A stretch of DNA of 56,853 nt from Verrucomicrobiia bacterium. GTDB lineage: Bacteria; Verrucomicrobiota; Verrucomicrobiia; Limisphaerales; JAJOIW01. The stretch lies in contig JAUIAG010000002.1 in the NCBI GenBank assembly GCA_030425355.1, positions 1-56,853 of the forward strand, in the 5' to 3' direction. Positions 9,588 to 18,844 of this stretch are shown here, piece after piece. Position numbers and translations under genes: made by a program. How positions within the stretch are numbered: the stretch's first letter is position 1; each line of letters begins with the position of its first letter. The notes beneath the pieces were generated by a model. That model was not told the DNA's origin, did not search any database, and saw nothing but the letters and a program-made list of their open reading frames with translations.

Positions 9588-10169
9588 TTATTCCCCGTCG
9601 GCAACCGGCTGACCAGTCTGTTCAACCTGCGATCCCAGCCACTGCAGATAGGCAACCAGGGCCACAGCCTCGGGCTTGGGGTTCTTTTCCTTGTCGAAAT
9701 ACCACGGATAACCGGGCATGACGGACTGGGGAACTACATCGCGGGGATTGTAGAGGTGGACAAAATGCCAGTCATTCGGGCGCTTTCCGCCCTCCCTGGA
9801 CAGATCCGGTCCGACGCGGCGCGTTCCGAAGAGCTGGGGAAGGTTGAGTGAGTTGTCGTATTCGCCTGGCGTGGAGACCGGGCCATAGCGGAGCGCTTCA
9901 TTGCCTACAGGACGGACGTACTGGCTGTGGCAGTGCCAGCAGGCTTCCTTGACGTAAATGTCGCGGCCTTTGTAGAGGGCTGCTTCATATTCTTCAAGCG
10001 TGCTGTAGTGTTTGGTGAAGTTGTCGGGAATCTCCGTCGGGTGATAATCGATAGCCCCGAGGGACTTGGTCATCATCGCGGGGATCAGGCCAAGGGTGAT
10101 GAAGGCCGTCACCAGCAGTCCGAGTCCGGCAACAAGGAAGATGAAGTTGAATTTTTCAAGGAATTTCAT
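9588..10169 (-). CDS. ccoO: cbb3-type cytochrome c oxidase subunit II (monoheme CcoO)
   Basis: N-terminal anchor, the CWHCHSQYVRP heme motif, RVGPDLSREGGKR and the HLYNPRDVVPQSVMPGY block. Confidence 0.85.
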   Translation of the reverse strand: MKFLEKFNFIFLVAGLGLLVTAFITLGLIPAMMTKSLGAIDYHPTEIPDNFTKHYSTLEEYEAALYKGRDIYVKEACWHCHSQYVRPVGNEALRYGPVSTPGEYDNSLNLPQLFGTRRVGPDLSREGGKRPNDWHFVHLYNPRDVVPQSVMPGYPWYFDKEKNPKPEAVALVAYLQWLGSQVEQTGQPVADGE

Positions 10170-10208
10170 GATCTCTTTCTTCTATCTGGAGTGGATGATG
10201 GTGATGGA

Positions 10209-11639
10209 TTACTTCCCGGATTCGGGGGCAGTGGATCGGGTGAGCGGCTCATTGAGTTTCTGTTCAGAGAATGCCTGTCTGCGGTATTTCCAGGTCATGT
10301 AGATATTGACCACGAAGACAAACTCACTGACGAGGATGGCTGTGCCGGCGAGGGCACGGGTCCACCAGAACGGTTTGGTGGCTTCGACACTGCTGATGAA
10401 GGGAACGAGGTTTTTCCACATATATCCCTGCATGACGCCTGCGGCGAGAAGGTCCATCCACATGACCAGCACACCGACGGTGGCGAGCCAGAAGTGCCAT
10501 TCACACATGGTTCGGGAGTAGAGTTCGGTCTTGAAGATCCGTGGCCACAGGTAATAGATCCACGCGTAGAGCCAGAATGAGAAGGTTCCGAAGAGAACCA
10601 GGTGGGCATGACCGGGCACCCAGTCGGTGAAGTGGATGATTTCCTGGGCGCTCATTGTGACGTGGATGGCGCACTGGATACAGGTGAGGAGGTAGCAGAT
10701 GGATCCCACGGCGATAAAGCGGACCGGGATGGATGAGACGATCTTGCGGTATTCGCCCTGCATGGTGGCGAAGTAGTTGAAGATCACGGTGTAGACCACC
10801 ACGTGAATACCAATACTGGCAACGATGGCGGCATATTGAGACCACATGGGGATTGGGCTCTGCAGGTAGTGGTGGGCACCGTTCATCGGGTAGAAGAACG
10901 CCAGTCCCCAGAAACCGGTGAGAGACAGTGCGTGGCTGTAGACGGGCTTTTTGAGCAGTACCGGAAGGAGGTAATAGACCAGACCAACGCCCAGCGGGGT
11001 GACAAAGAGACCGACGAGGTCGTGGATATACATGGATGTGATGGCGGCGCCACCGCTTCCTGGCATCCAGTACTGCGGAATGAAGTTACCCATGACGTAG
11101 ACAAGTGGCAGCCAGACAAGGGCGGCGGTGATATACCAGACGGTCACGTAGAAGGACTTGTTGCGGGCCTTCCAGATGGGAGCCAGGAAGTTGAAGACGG
11201 CCAGCACGCCGGCAATGGCGATCAGGGGGTCCAGTTCCTTGGGTGTTTCACCCCATTCGACGGCCTGCCCGAAACCGGCAAGGATCATCAGCTCGGAGAG
11301 GACCACCAGCGCGTTGAAAACCCAGAAACAGATCCATCCAAGCTTCTTGGAGAAGGTGGCGTATCCTGTGAGTTTGGGAATGACGTAGTGGAGAATGGCA
11401 AAGAACCCGTTGGCGAGCCATCCGTAGGCCACCGCCATGGTGTGGGTCATCCGCACCCGTCCGGGAGAAAGCAGTTCCACACCGGGGAACGGGTAGAGGT
11501 TGAGGAACTGCAGCGCGTAGGACATCCCTGACAGCACGACGATCAGGGAATAGACGATGGCAGCGATGAAATGGGCTTTGACCAGATCCTCGTAAATTGG
11601 GAACTGCCTGCCCGCTGTCTGTGGGTTATTCGAATTCAT
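10209..11639 (-). CDS. ccoN: cbb3-type (C-family) heme-copper oxidase subunit I (CcoN)
   Basis: Twelve or more TM helices, with His-ligand blocks MYIHDLVG, NGAHHYLQSP and FTDWVPGHAHLVLFG. The ATG at 11639 overlaps the upstream stop by 14 nt. Confidence 0.9.
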   Translation of the reverse strand: MNSNNPQTAGRQFPIYEDLVKAHFIAAIVYSLIVVLSGMSYALQFLNLYPFPGVELLSPGRVRMTHTMAVAYGWLANGFFAILHYVIPKLTGYATFSKKLGWICFWVFNALVVLSELMILAGFGQAVEWGETPKELDPLIAIAGVLAVFNFLAPIWKARNKSFYVTVWYITAALVWLPLVYVMGNFIPQYWMPGSGGAAITSMYIHDLVGLFVTPLGVGLVYYLLPVLLKKPVYSHALSLTGFWGLAFFYPMNGAHHYLQSPIPMWSQYAAIVASIGIHVVVYTVIFNYFATMQGEYRKIVSSIPVRFIAVGSICYLLTCIQCAIHVTMSAQEIIHFTDWVPGHAHLVLFGTFSFWLYAWIYYLWPRIFKTELYSRTMCEWHFWLATVGVLVMWMDLLAAGVMQGYMWKNLVPFISSVEATKPFWWTRALAGTAILVSEFVFVVNIYMTWKYRRQAFSEQKLNEPLTRSTAPESGK

Positions 11640-12510
11640 TCTCGATTGCAATATTGGATGTTTCGGTCGTGGTGGACTGTTTCGGTTCCGGAAGAGCCAT
11701 GGACGGGTTCTTGTAGGAGCGGCGGAGGAATTTGACGTAGGCCACAACTTCCCAGCGCTGATCATCGGAAAGCGTCGAGTTGTAGCCAATCATGGGGGTG
11801 CCGGCGAGGCCGGTGGTAATTGCCTTGAAAACATCTTCCAGTGCGGGACCACTGCCGATGTCATGGGCTTTGCGAAGGTCTGCGGGTTTGACCGGATTCA
11901 TCCAGTTGTCGACCAGGGCCGCGCCGCCCACGCCGTCGCCAGCACCGGTGGATCCATGACAGGTGACACAGAACTGATCGAAGGTCACTTTCCCAAGTGC
12001 CGCCTTGTTGAGCCACTCGTCCTTTTCATGCATCCATGCCGGCGCGGGGGGGAGAGTCAGCTGAACCGGCCTTTCGTCCCACTTCCCGGACTTGTCAAAG
12101 ACCTTGAGATACTGGGCCATGGCCTTGATGTCGTTTTCGGCAAAAAGCCGGAAGCTTGGCATGGAACTGCCGTAAATACCCTCGCGGATGGAGCGTTCTA
12201 TGTCTGCATCAGTGGGGATGCTGTCATAGGCCGTCGAACGGAACTTGAAAACCGCCTTGGTGAAATCCCTTGGCTTCGGATCCAGGCCATAGGCTCCGGG
12301 GCCCTTGCCATTACCTTCCATTCCATGACAGCCGCTGCAGTGATCCGCATACAGTTTCTTGCCCTGTTTGATAAACTCGGGCTTCAGCTTCCCAGCTCCC
12401 TCAAAGTCGGGGAGAGCATAATCCTGGGATGATGCGGTATGATGGGTGCCAATGACCAGTGCCGTTGCCAGCAGCACTTTTGCCCATTTTTTGAAATACC
12501 AGTTATTCAT
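11626..12510 (-). CDS. Membrane-anchored diheme cytochrome c (CcoP-like soluble domains)
   Basis: Two CxxCH motifs (CSGCH and CVTCH) and an N-terminal anchor. The ATG at 12510 is preferred over the TTG at 12540. Confidence 0.85.
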   Translation of the reverse strand: MNNWYFKKWAKVLLATALVIGTHHTASSQDYALPDFEGAGKLKPEFIKQGKKLYADHCSGCHGMEGNGKGPGAYGLDPKPRDFTKAVFKFRSTAYDSIPTDADIERSIREGIYGSSMPSFRLFAENDIKAMAQYLKVFDKSGKWDERPVQLTLPPAPAWMHEKDEWLNKAALGKVTFDQFCVTCHGSTGAGDGVGGAALVDNWMNPVKPADLRKAHDIGSGPALEDVFKAITTGLAGTPMIGYNSTLSDDQRWEVVAYVKFLRRSYKNPSMALPEPKQSTTTETSNIAIENEFE

Positions 12511-12699
12511 TCCGTCGAGATCATCGACGTATGACCCCAATTCCGCATTACCGCAATTGACTCTGACTTACCAATTCTTGCCCTTTATCGCAGGATTGGT
12601 GGAAATCCCCGGAAACTGACGTACGCTGGGATGTTCGAATGGCGCAGAGGCGGGCGTTGCGCCGGGATGGAGGAGAATGAGAAGGGAATGAGGGGGATT

Positions 12700-13191
12700 T
12701 CAGCGCGGGCTGAACCGGTCACCCGGGGCGGCATCCCTGACCCAGGCAAGGAAATCGCCAGCGTCGGGAGAGCCCTCCATGGGGGCCCAATCAGCAAAAA
12801 CAGCCGGATTCTGTGAATCGTAAGGCCCTTCCTTGAACTCGAGGATGGCGGCTTCGGCAGTGAGGGGCAAAACCGTGTGGCAGACATTGGCGGGGATTTC
12901 CATACCCTTTGAGCCGTCGGAATCGGCAAACTCGAAAACCCGGCTCACCGCTCCCTCCGGGTCAAAGAGCACGACGCGGACCCGTCCGCGCAGAACGAGC
13001 ATCACTTCCCATTTATTGGCCTGTGGATGCCGGTGCGGCCGGACGTATGTGCCGTCGACGAGGCCGATGCACAGGCGCTGCACGGCGGATTCGGGGCCGT
13101 CGTGGAAGTTGAGGTGGCTGCGGCGGCGGGGACTGGCAGCCGCCTGCTTCAGAAGCCCGTCCAGCAAATCGTTATTTATGACCTTCTCCAT
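12700..13191 (-). CDS. WbuC-family cupin-fold metalloprotein
   Basis: SPRRRSHLNFH ... GTYVRPHRH ... KWEVMLVLRG matches the WbuC cupin signature as I recall it. Confidence 0.7.
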   Translation of the reverse strand: MEKVINNDLLDGLLKQAAASPRRRSHLNFHDGPESAVQRLCIGLVDGTYVRPHRHPQANKWEVMLVLRGRVRVVLFDPEGAVSRVFEFADSDGSKGMEIPANVCHTVLPLTAEAAILEFKEGPYDSQNPAVFADWAPMEGSPDAGDFLAWVRDAAPGDRFSPR

Positions 13192-13268
13192 ATTGGAACT
13201 CCATGATTCTTGAACTCACCGACATATCCCCCGGGGTCGGCACAGCGCCCGTCATACGGGAGTGAGGG

Positions 13269-15308
13269 TCACGAGAATCTGATGCGTGTCGGTTTGCCCT
13301 GGTCCCATCCGCGGGGTTTGGAATCGGAGACCGACTTTATTTTCTTGATTGAAACCTGATTCCCACCGGCTTTTGTGGAGCGGAGCTTGAGGTCGCCGGT
13401 TTCGATGAACTGCTGGTTGACTTTCTGTTTCGGGGAAGGGGTGTATTTGATGTACAGGGTCCCCTCAAACCACGGATTCAGATAGAGCACTTTCGCCCCC
13501 TCGGGAACATACCGGTAGACTTTGTTGAGGATGGTTCCGCCGAACTGGAAGCGTTTGACATAACTCATGGTCTTGAGGTTGTAGACCACGAGCATTTCCT
13601 GTTCCCGGGAAGCGGGGCCGACAAAAAGGACCTCGTTGCCGACAAAGGCTTTCTCCTCGACCTGAGTGACCCGGAAGGTCCCGTCCGCCATCACGATGAC
13701 GATCTTGTCGAGCTGGGACACGGCAAACTGGAACTCCGCACCGTTGACTTTGTATCCAAGGTAGCCTTTTTCGCGGTCGTAGCCGAGTTTGAAGGCCCGG
13801 TGGACGACCTCCTTGGCTGTCACCGTCTCGAAGGAGGTGATCTCCGTCAGCCGCGGAAACTGATCGCGGTACTTTTTCACCAGTCCTTCAAGATGGGAAA
13901 TTGAATACTTGACGACATTCTTGAGGTGTTTCTGGGTCTGTTCCAGTTCCGCCTGGACCTTTTCAAGTTCCTGTTTGTGTTTATTGATATCGAAGAGCGA
14001 AATGCGGCGGATGGGGACCTTGAGCAGCATTTCGACATCATCATCCTTGAGCGGGCGCCACAGATCCTTTTCGAACGGCTTGAAGCCCTTGTAGATATTG
14101 GAGGAGACTTCTTCTGCAGAACTGGCGCTTTCAATTTTCTTGTATATGCGTTCCTCGATAAAGATGCGGACGATGGTGCGGAAGTATATATCCTCGAGCA
14201 GTTTCCCTTCGCGGATGCGGAGTTCCTTTTCGTGCAGTTCGACAAGCCGCTGGGTGTTGCGCTGAAGGACCTCGCTGACCGTCATTTCCACAGGGCGGTT
14301 CCCGTCGATGAGGATGACCCGGCTGGAAATCGTGGTCTCACATTCGGTGAAAGCGTAGAGGGCCTGCATCGTCTTTTCCGCATCGATGCCGGGAGCGAGC
14401 TTCAGTTCGATTTCAATGGTGCTCGAAGTGAAGTCATTGATGGCCTTGATCTTGATTTTGCCCTTTTTGGAGGCGTCCTCGATGGAGGCAATGATCGACT
14501 CGGCGGTGCTTGTCTGGGGAATTTCGCGGATGACCAGCGTTGAAGCGTCCTCGATGTCAATGCGGGCGCGGATCTTGACAGAACCCCGACCGTCATCGTA
14601 GTTCGAGGCGTCCATGAGGGCGCCTTTGGGAAAATCCGGCAGAACTCCAAACGGCTTTTTCCGCAGGATGGCGACCTGTGCCTCGAGGAGTTCAATGAAG
14701 TTGTGCGGCAGAATCCTGGCGGAGAGGCCGACCGCGATGCCCTCGGCTCCCAGCATGAGCAGCAGCGGGATCTTGGCCGGCAGGGTCACGGGTTCTTTCT
14801 CGCGCCCATCATAACGCGGGACAAATTCAGTCAGTTCATCCTGGAACAGTTCTTCACGTGCCAGCTCGGTGAGCCGGCATTCGATGTATCGGGCAGCCGC
14901 GGCGCGGTCACCGGTATAGATATTCCCGAAGTTCCCCTGCCCTTCGATCAGGTATTTCTTGTTGACGAGGACGATCAGTGCTTCAGAGATCGATGCATCG
15001 CCATGAGGGTGAAACTGCATGCAGTTTCCGGTGACGTTGCTGACCTTGTTGAACTTGCCATCGTCCATCTTCTTGAGCACCCACATGATGCGGCGCTGAA
15101 CCGGTTTGAGACCGTCATCGAGATGCGGAATGGCGCGGTCGCGGATGACATAGGACGCATAATCCAGGAAGTTCTGGTTGACCCGCAGCCGGAGGGACTC
15201 CCGGTCTCCATCCGCGGTGAAGGTCCGCGGCGGCTTGTCGTCAAAAAACGGCTTCAGGTCCCTGCCGGAGCCTCTGCGGTTGGAAGTGGTTTTCTTGGTT
15301 GCTGCCAT
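13269..15308 (-). CDS. parC: Type IIA topoisomerase subunit A (ParC-like, short C-terminal domain)
   Basis: DGLKPVQRRIMW and AAARYIECRL (catalytic Tyr). Sits immediately downstream of parE. ATG at 15308. Confidence 0.85.
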   Translation of the reverse strand: MAATKKTTSNRRGSGRDLKPFFDDKPPRTFTADGDRESLRLRVNQNFLDYASYVIRDRAIPHLDDGLKPVQRRIMWVLKKMDDGKFNKVSNVTGNCMQFHPHGDASISEALIVLVNKKYLIEGQGNFGNIYTGDRAAAARYIECRLTELAREELFQDELTEFVPRYDGREKEPVTLPAKIPLLLMLGAEGIAVGLSARILPHNFIELLEAQVAILRKKPFGVLPDFPKGALMDASNYDDGRGSVKIRARIDIEDASTLVIREIPQTSTAESIIASIEDASKKGKIKIKAINDFTSSTIEIELKLAPGIDAEKTMQALYAFTECETTISSRVILIDGNRPVEMTVSEVLQRNTQRLVELHEKELRIREGKLLEDIYFRTIVRIFIEERIYKKIESASSAEEVSSNIYKGFKPFEKDLWRPLKDDDVEMLLKVPIRRISLFDINKHKQELEKVQAELEQTQKHLKNVVKYSISHLEGLVKKYRDQFPRLTEITSFETVTAKEVVHRAFKLGYDREKGYLGYKVNGAEFQFAVSQLDKIVIVMADGTFRVTQVEEKAFVGNEVLFVGPASREQEMLVVYNLKTMSYVKRFQFGGTILNKVYRYVPEGAKVLYLNPWFEGTLYIKYTPSPKQKVNQQFIETGDLKLRSTKAGGNQVSIKKIKSVSDSKPRGWDQGKPTRIRFS

Positions 15309-15421
15309 GCTTTTGCTGTCTGTCGGGGAAAATGTCACACGCCTGAACCAGCTTATGTGTTCACGGAACGCACTGAAAGAAGGTCGGGCGGATGGTGGCT
15401 GTCAGTCACGGAATACCTCGC

Positions 15422-17251
15422 TCAGTCTTCGACCGGGACCACCAGATTATCCATGATAAACGATTTGCGGACCGGGGTGTTCTTGCCCATGTAAAAATCG
15501 AGAATTTCACGGGTATCGGTGCGGCGGGCAAACTCAATCTGACTCAGCCGCATGTCACGGCCGATAAAGGCTCCAAACTCACTGGGGGAAATTTCCCCCA
15601 GGCCCTTGAATCGGGTGATTTCATGGCCGCGGCCCAGCTTTTTAATGGCCTCGTCCTTTTCCTTTTCGGAGTAGCAGTAGATGTTCTCCTTTTTGTTCCT
15701 CACCCGGAAGAGCGGTGTCTCGAGGATGAAGAGATGTCCGCGCTGGATAATTTCCTCAAAAAACTTGAAGAAGAAAGTGATGAGGAGATTGCGGATGTGC
15801 ATGCCGTCGACATCGGCGTCGGTGGCGAGAATGATGCGGGAATAGCGCAGCCCGTCGATGCCATCCTCGATGCCGAGTGCCTTCATCAGGTTGAACATCT
15901 CGTCATTTTTGTAGAGGGCGTCGCGTTTCAGATCCCAGACATTGAGAGGCTTGCCCTTGAGCGTGAAGATCGCCTGGCAGTTGGGATCGCGGTTGGAGGC
16001 GATGGGGCCCGCCGCAGAGGCACCCTCAGTCAGGAAAATCATGGTGTCCCAACCGCGATTCTTTTTGAAGTCGAGATGGTTTTTGCTGTCCCGGAGCTGA
16101 GGGACTCGGATGGCAACAGCCTTGGAACGTTCGCGGGCCATCTTCTTCACCTGCTGCAGTTCCTTCCGCAGCTGCTGGGTGTCCTCGACCTTCTGGATCA
16201 GTTTTTCGGCAACGTCGCGGTTCGTGTGCAGATGCTGCAGGATGATCTCGCGGACACGGTTGACCAGTTCCGTCCGAATTTCGGTGTTGCCCAGTTTGTT
16301 CTTGGTCTGGGATTCGAACATCGGGTCCTGAAGACGGATGGCAATCGCTCCAACCATGGATTCCCTGACGTCGTCCCCCTCGAACTTGCCCTTGGCATAC
16401 TCATTGACTCCTTTGAGGATGCCCTCGCGGAATGCACTCAGATGAGTCCCGCCATCCGAAGTGAACTGGCCATTGACGAAGGATTGAAAATTCTCGCCAT
16501 ACCGGCTGCGGCTGTGCGTGAGGGCAAACTCAAGCGTGCGGTCGGAAAAATAGATGGGCTCGTAGAGCTGATCTCCATCGAGTTCCTCCGCGATGAGATC
16601 CAGCAGGCCCTTTTTTGAATGGAATTTTTTTCCGTTGAAGAGAATTGTCAGCCCGGAGTTGAGATAGGCGTAGTGCCGCATCCGTTTCTCGAGATGCTCC
16701 TCCCGGAAGGCGTATTTTTTAAAGATTTTCGGGTCGGGGGAGAAGCAGACGAAGGTTCCGTCCGGCTCGTGCGCGTCGTCGCCGTCGACCTCCTCCAGCA
16801 GCTCGCCCCGCTCGAAGGTGGCTTCCTTGTATTTGCCGTCGCGGTAGCTGCGGACAATAAACTCACTGGAAAGGGCATTGACGGCCTTGGTTCCGACACC
16901 ATTCAGTCCGACGCTGAACTGAAACACCTCGTCGTTGTATTTTGCCCCGGTGTTGATCTGGGAGACGCAGTCAATCACCTTGCCCAGGGGAATTCCACGA
17001 CCGAAGTCCCGGACCATGACCACCTCGTCCTCAACGGTGATCTCGATCTGCCTGCCGTGGCCCATGATGTATTCATCGATGGAGTTGTCGACGACCTCTT
17101 TCAATAAAATGTAGCAGCCGTCATCGTAATGTGTCCCGTCACCGATCCGGCCAATATACATACCGGTCCGCAGCCGGATGTGCTCCAGCGGCGACAGGGT
17201 CTGTACCTTGCTCTCGTCGTAAACTGCCTTTTTTGCCTTTGCCTCAGCCAT
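15422..17251 (-). CDS. parE: Type IIA topoisomerase subunit B (ParE-like)
   Basis: GHKL ATPase N-terminus (HIRLRTGMYIG, EVVDNSIDE, GLNGVG) and Toprim block (LTEGASAAG, ILATDADVDGMHI). Confidence 0.9.
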   Translation of the reverse strand: MAEAKAKKAVYDESKVQTLSPLEHIRLRTGMYIGRIGDGTHYDDGCYILLKEVVDNSIDEYIMGHGRQIEITVEDEVVMVRDFGRGIPLGKVIDCVSQINTGAKYNDEVFQFSVGLNGVGTKAVNALSSEFIVRSYRDGKYKEATFERGELLEEVDGDDAHEPDGTFVCFSPDPKIFKKYAFREEHLEKRMRHYAYLNSGLTILFNGKKFHSKKGLLDLIAEELDGDQLYEPIYFSDRTLEFALTHSRSRYGENFQSFVNGQFTSDGGTHLSAFREGILKGVNEYAKGKFEGDDVRESMVGAIAIRLQDPMFESQTKNKLGNTEIRTELVNRVREIILQHLHTNRDVAEKLIQKVEDTQQLRKELQQVKKMARERSKAVAIRVPQLRDSKNHLDFKKNRGWDTMIFLTEGASAAGPIASNRDPNCQAIFTLKGKPLNVWDLKRDALYKNDEMFNLMKALGIEDGIDGLRYSRIILATDADVDGMHIRNLLITFFFKFFEEIIQRGHLFILETPLFRVRNKKENIYCYSEKEKDEAIKKLGRGHEITRFKGLGEISPSEFGAFIGRDMRLSQIEFARRTDTREILDFYMGKNTPVRKSFIMDNLVVPVED

Positions 17252-17429
17252 AAACAACTCGACTCGTCAGGGCCGGTTCCAAGGAAATCCGGGAAATTGG
17301 CCCATACCCACATACCCCCGGAAGTCTCGGTCTATCAACACTTTTCTCGCCGCATCCGGATATCCACCATGCCGTCACTGTGAGTGCGGCAGATGATTTT
17401 GCGATTGTTATTACCGGTGGATGTGAGGG

Positions 17430-18743
17430 ATGAATAAGTCCGGCATGAGAATTCTGGTCATAGGCAGCGGAGGGCGGGAGCACGCCCTTACCTGGAAACT
17501 GGCGCAGTCCCCGCGGGTATCGGAAATCGTCTGTGCGCCCGGCAACGGGGGCATGGGGGCGGAGACAGTGAAATCCAGCGGCAGGCAGGTGGTCTGCGAG
17601 GCTGTGGCCGCCACCGACATTGACGGAATGCTCGGGCTGGCCCGGAAAATCCGGCCCGACCTGACGGTGGTGGCTCCCGACGACCCGCTGGCCATGGGTA
17701 TGGTCGACCGGCTCACCGGAGAAGGGTTCCGCGCATGGGGCCCGACCCGCAATGCCGCCCGATTTGAATGGAGCAAGGGGTTCTCGCAGGAATTCATGGA
17801 CCGCCATGGAATTCCCACCGCCAGATCGCAGGTCTGTGAATCCCCCGAAGCAGCGCTGAAATTCGCCGATGAGCTGGAAGGTAAAGTGGCCGTAAAGGCG
17901 GACGGGCTCGCCCTCGGCAAAGGCGTGATTGTGTGTGGATCGGCCGCCGAGGCCCGGGCGGCCATCCAGTCAATCATGGTCGACCGCGATTTCGGAGCTG
18001 CGGGCAGCCGCGTGGTGATCCAGGAGAGGCTGTATGGAATGGAAATTTCTCTCCACGCGTTTTGTGACGGGAGGACATGGAAGGCCTTCCCCTCCTCTCA
18101 GGACCACAAGGCGGCCTATGACGGCGACAAGGGCCCCAACACCGGCGGGATGGGCACTTATTCTCCCGCCCCTTTTGTCGACCCGCACGAATTTGACCGG
18201 ATAGCAGCCGCCATCCTCGACCCGTGGATGGAAGGCTGCCGCAGGGAAGGGATCGACTACCGCGGACTTATCTACCCGGGCATTATGCTCACCGACAACG
18301 GCCCAAAAGTCATCGAGTTCAACTCGCGCTTCGGGGATCCGGAAACACAGTGCTACCTTCCGCGCCTGGAAAATGATCTCCTTGATCTGATGGATGCCTG
18401 CGTCGACGGTACTCTCGATAGCATCCGGGCCGTATGGGCTCCCCATGCCACCGTATGCGTGGTGATGGCTTCCGGCGGTTATCCACAGGCCTACGAAAAG
18501 GGTAAGGTCATCGTGGGAATCGATGAGGCGGAGGCCCTGGACGGCGTCAAAGTCTTTCATGCGGGAACACGGCTGCGCGAGGACGGGGCTCTGGTGACCT
18601 CCGGAGGACGCGTCCTCGGGGTCACGGCAACCGCAATGGGCCTCGAAGCCGCCCGCAACCGGGCCTACGAGGCCGTGGAACGCATCCGTTTCGAAGGAGC
18701 CTTCTATCGCCGCGATATTGCGGCCAAGGCTTTTCAGGGGTAA
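17430..18743 (+). CDS. purD: Phosphoribosylamine--glycine ligase
   Basis: MRILVIGSGGREHAL and an ATP-grasp body, ending GGRVLGVTA. The start could instead be the ATG at 17445. Confidence 0.95.
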   Translation: MNKSGMRILVIGSGGREHALTWKLAQSPRVSEIVCAPGNGGMGAETVKSSGRQVVCEAVAATDIDGMLGLARKIRPDLTVVAPDDPLAMGMVDRLTGEGFRAWGPTRNAARFEWSKGFSQEFMDRHGIPTARSQVCESPEAALKFADELEGKVAVKADGLALGKGVIVCGSAAEARAAIQSIMVDRDFGAAGSRVVIQERLYGMEISLHAFCDGRTWKAFPSSQDHKAAYDGDKGPNTGGMGTYSPAPFVDPHEFDRIAAAILDPWMEGCRREGIDYRGLIYPGIMLTDNGPKVIEFNSRFGDPETQCYLPRLENDLLDLMDACVDGTLDSIRAVWAPHATVCVVMASGGYPQAYEKGKVIVGIDEAEALDGVKVFHAGTRLREDGALVTSGGRVLGVTATAMGLEAARNRAYEAVERIRFEGAFYRRDIAAKAFQG

Positions 18744-18844
18744 ACTTCCGCTCCACGATTCCATTCCGTCGGATGATTTGAATCCGCCGGACGGGGACTG
18801 CCCGGAATTCTTCGATTGCGAAGATTTTGACACAAAACTGACCA

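Noticed and set aside
12514-12528. GTCGA-N5-TCGAC inverted repeat just upstream of the cytochrome c start, considered as an FNR/Anr-type box for the oxidase operon
   Set aside because: It does not match TTGAT-N4-ATCAA, and it lies within a few nt of the start codon rather than at a promoter-proximal position.
12585-12929. 114-aa minus-strand ORF overlapping the 3-prime end of the cupin gene
   Set aside because: It lies out of frame within a recognisable WbuC-cupin gene and has a Pro/Ser/Arg-rich translation. It is a shadow ORF.
15392-16618. 408-aa plus-strand ORF, and similar long antisense ORFs at 14703-15494, 17970-18845, 21121-21942, 53508-54485, 54875-55720, 35677-36366, 36643-37284, 10803-11531 and 45257-45961
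   Set aside because: Each lies opposite a confidently identified gene (parE, parC, purD, glyA fusion, aspS, hydrolase, sdhA, ccoN, ACC-deaminase-like). All have low-complexity, motif-free translations.
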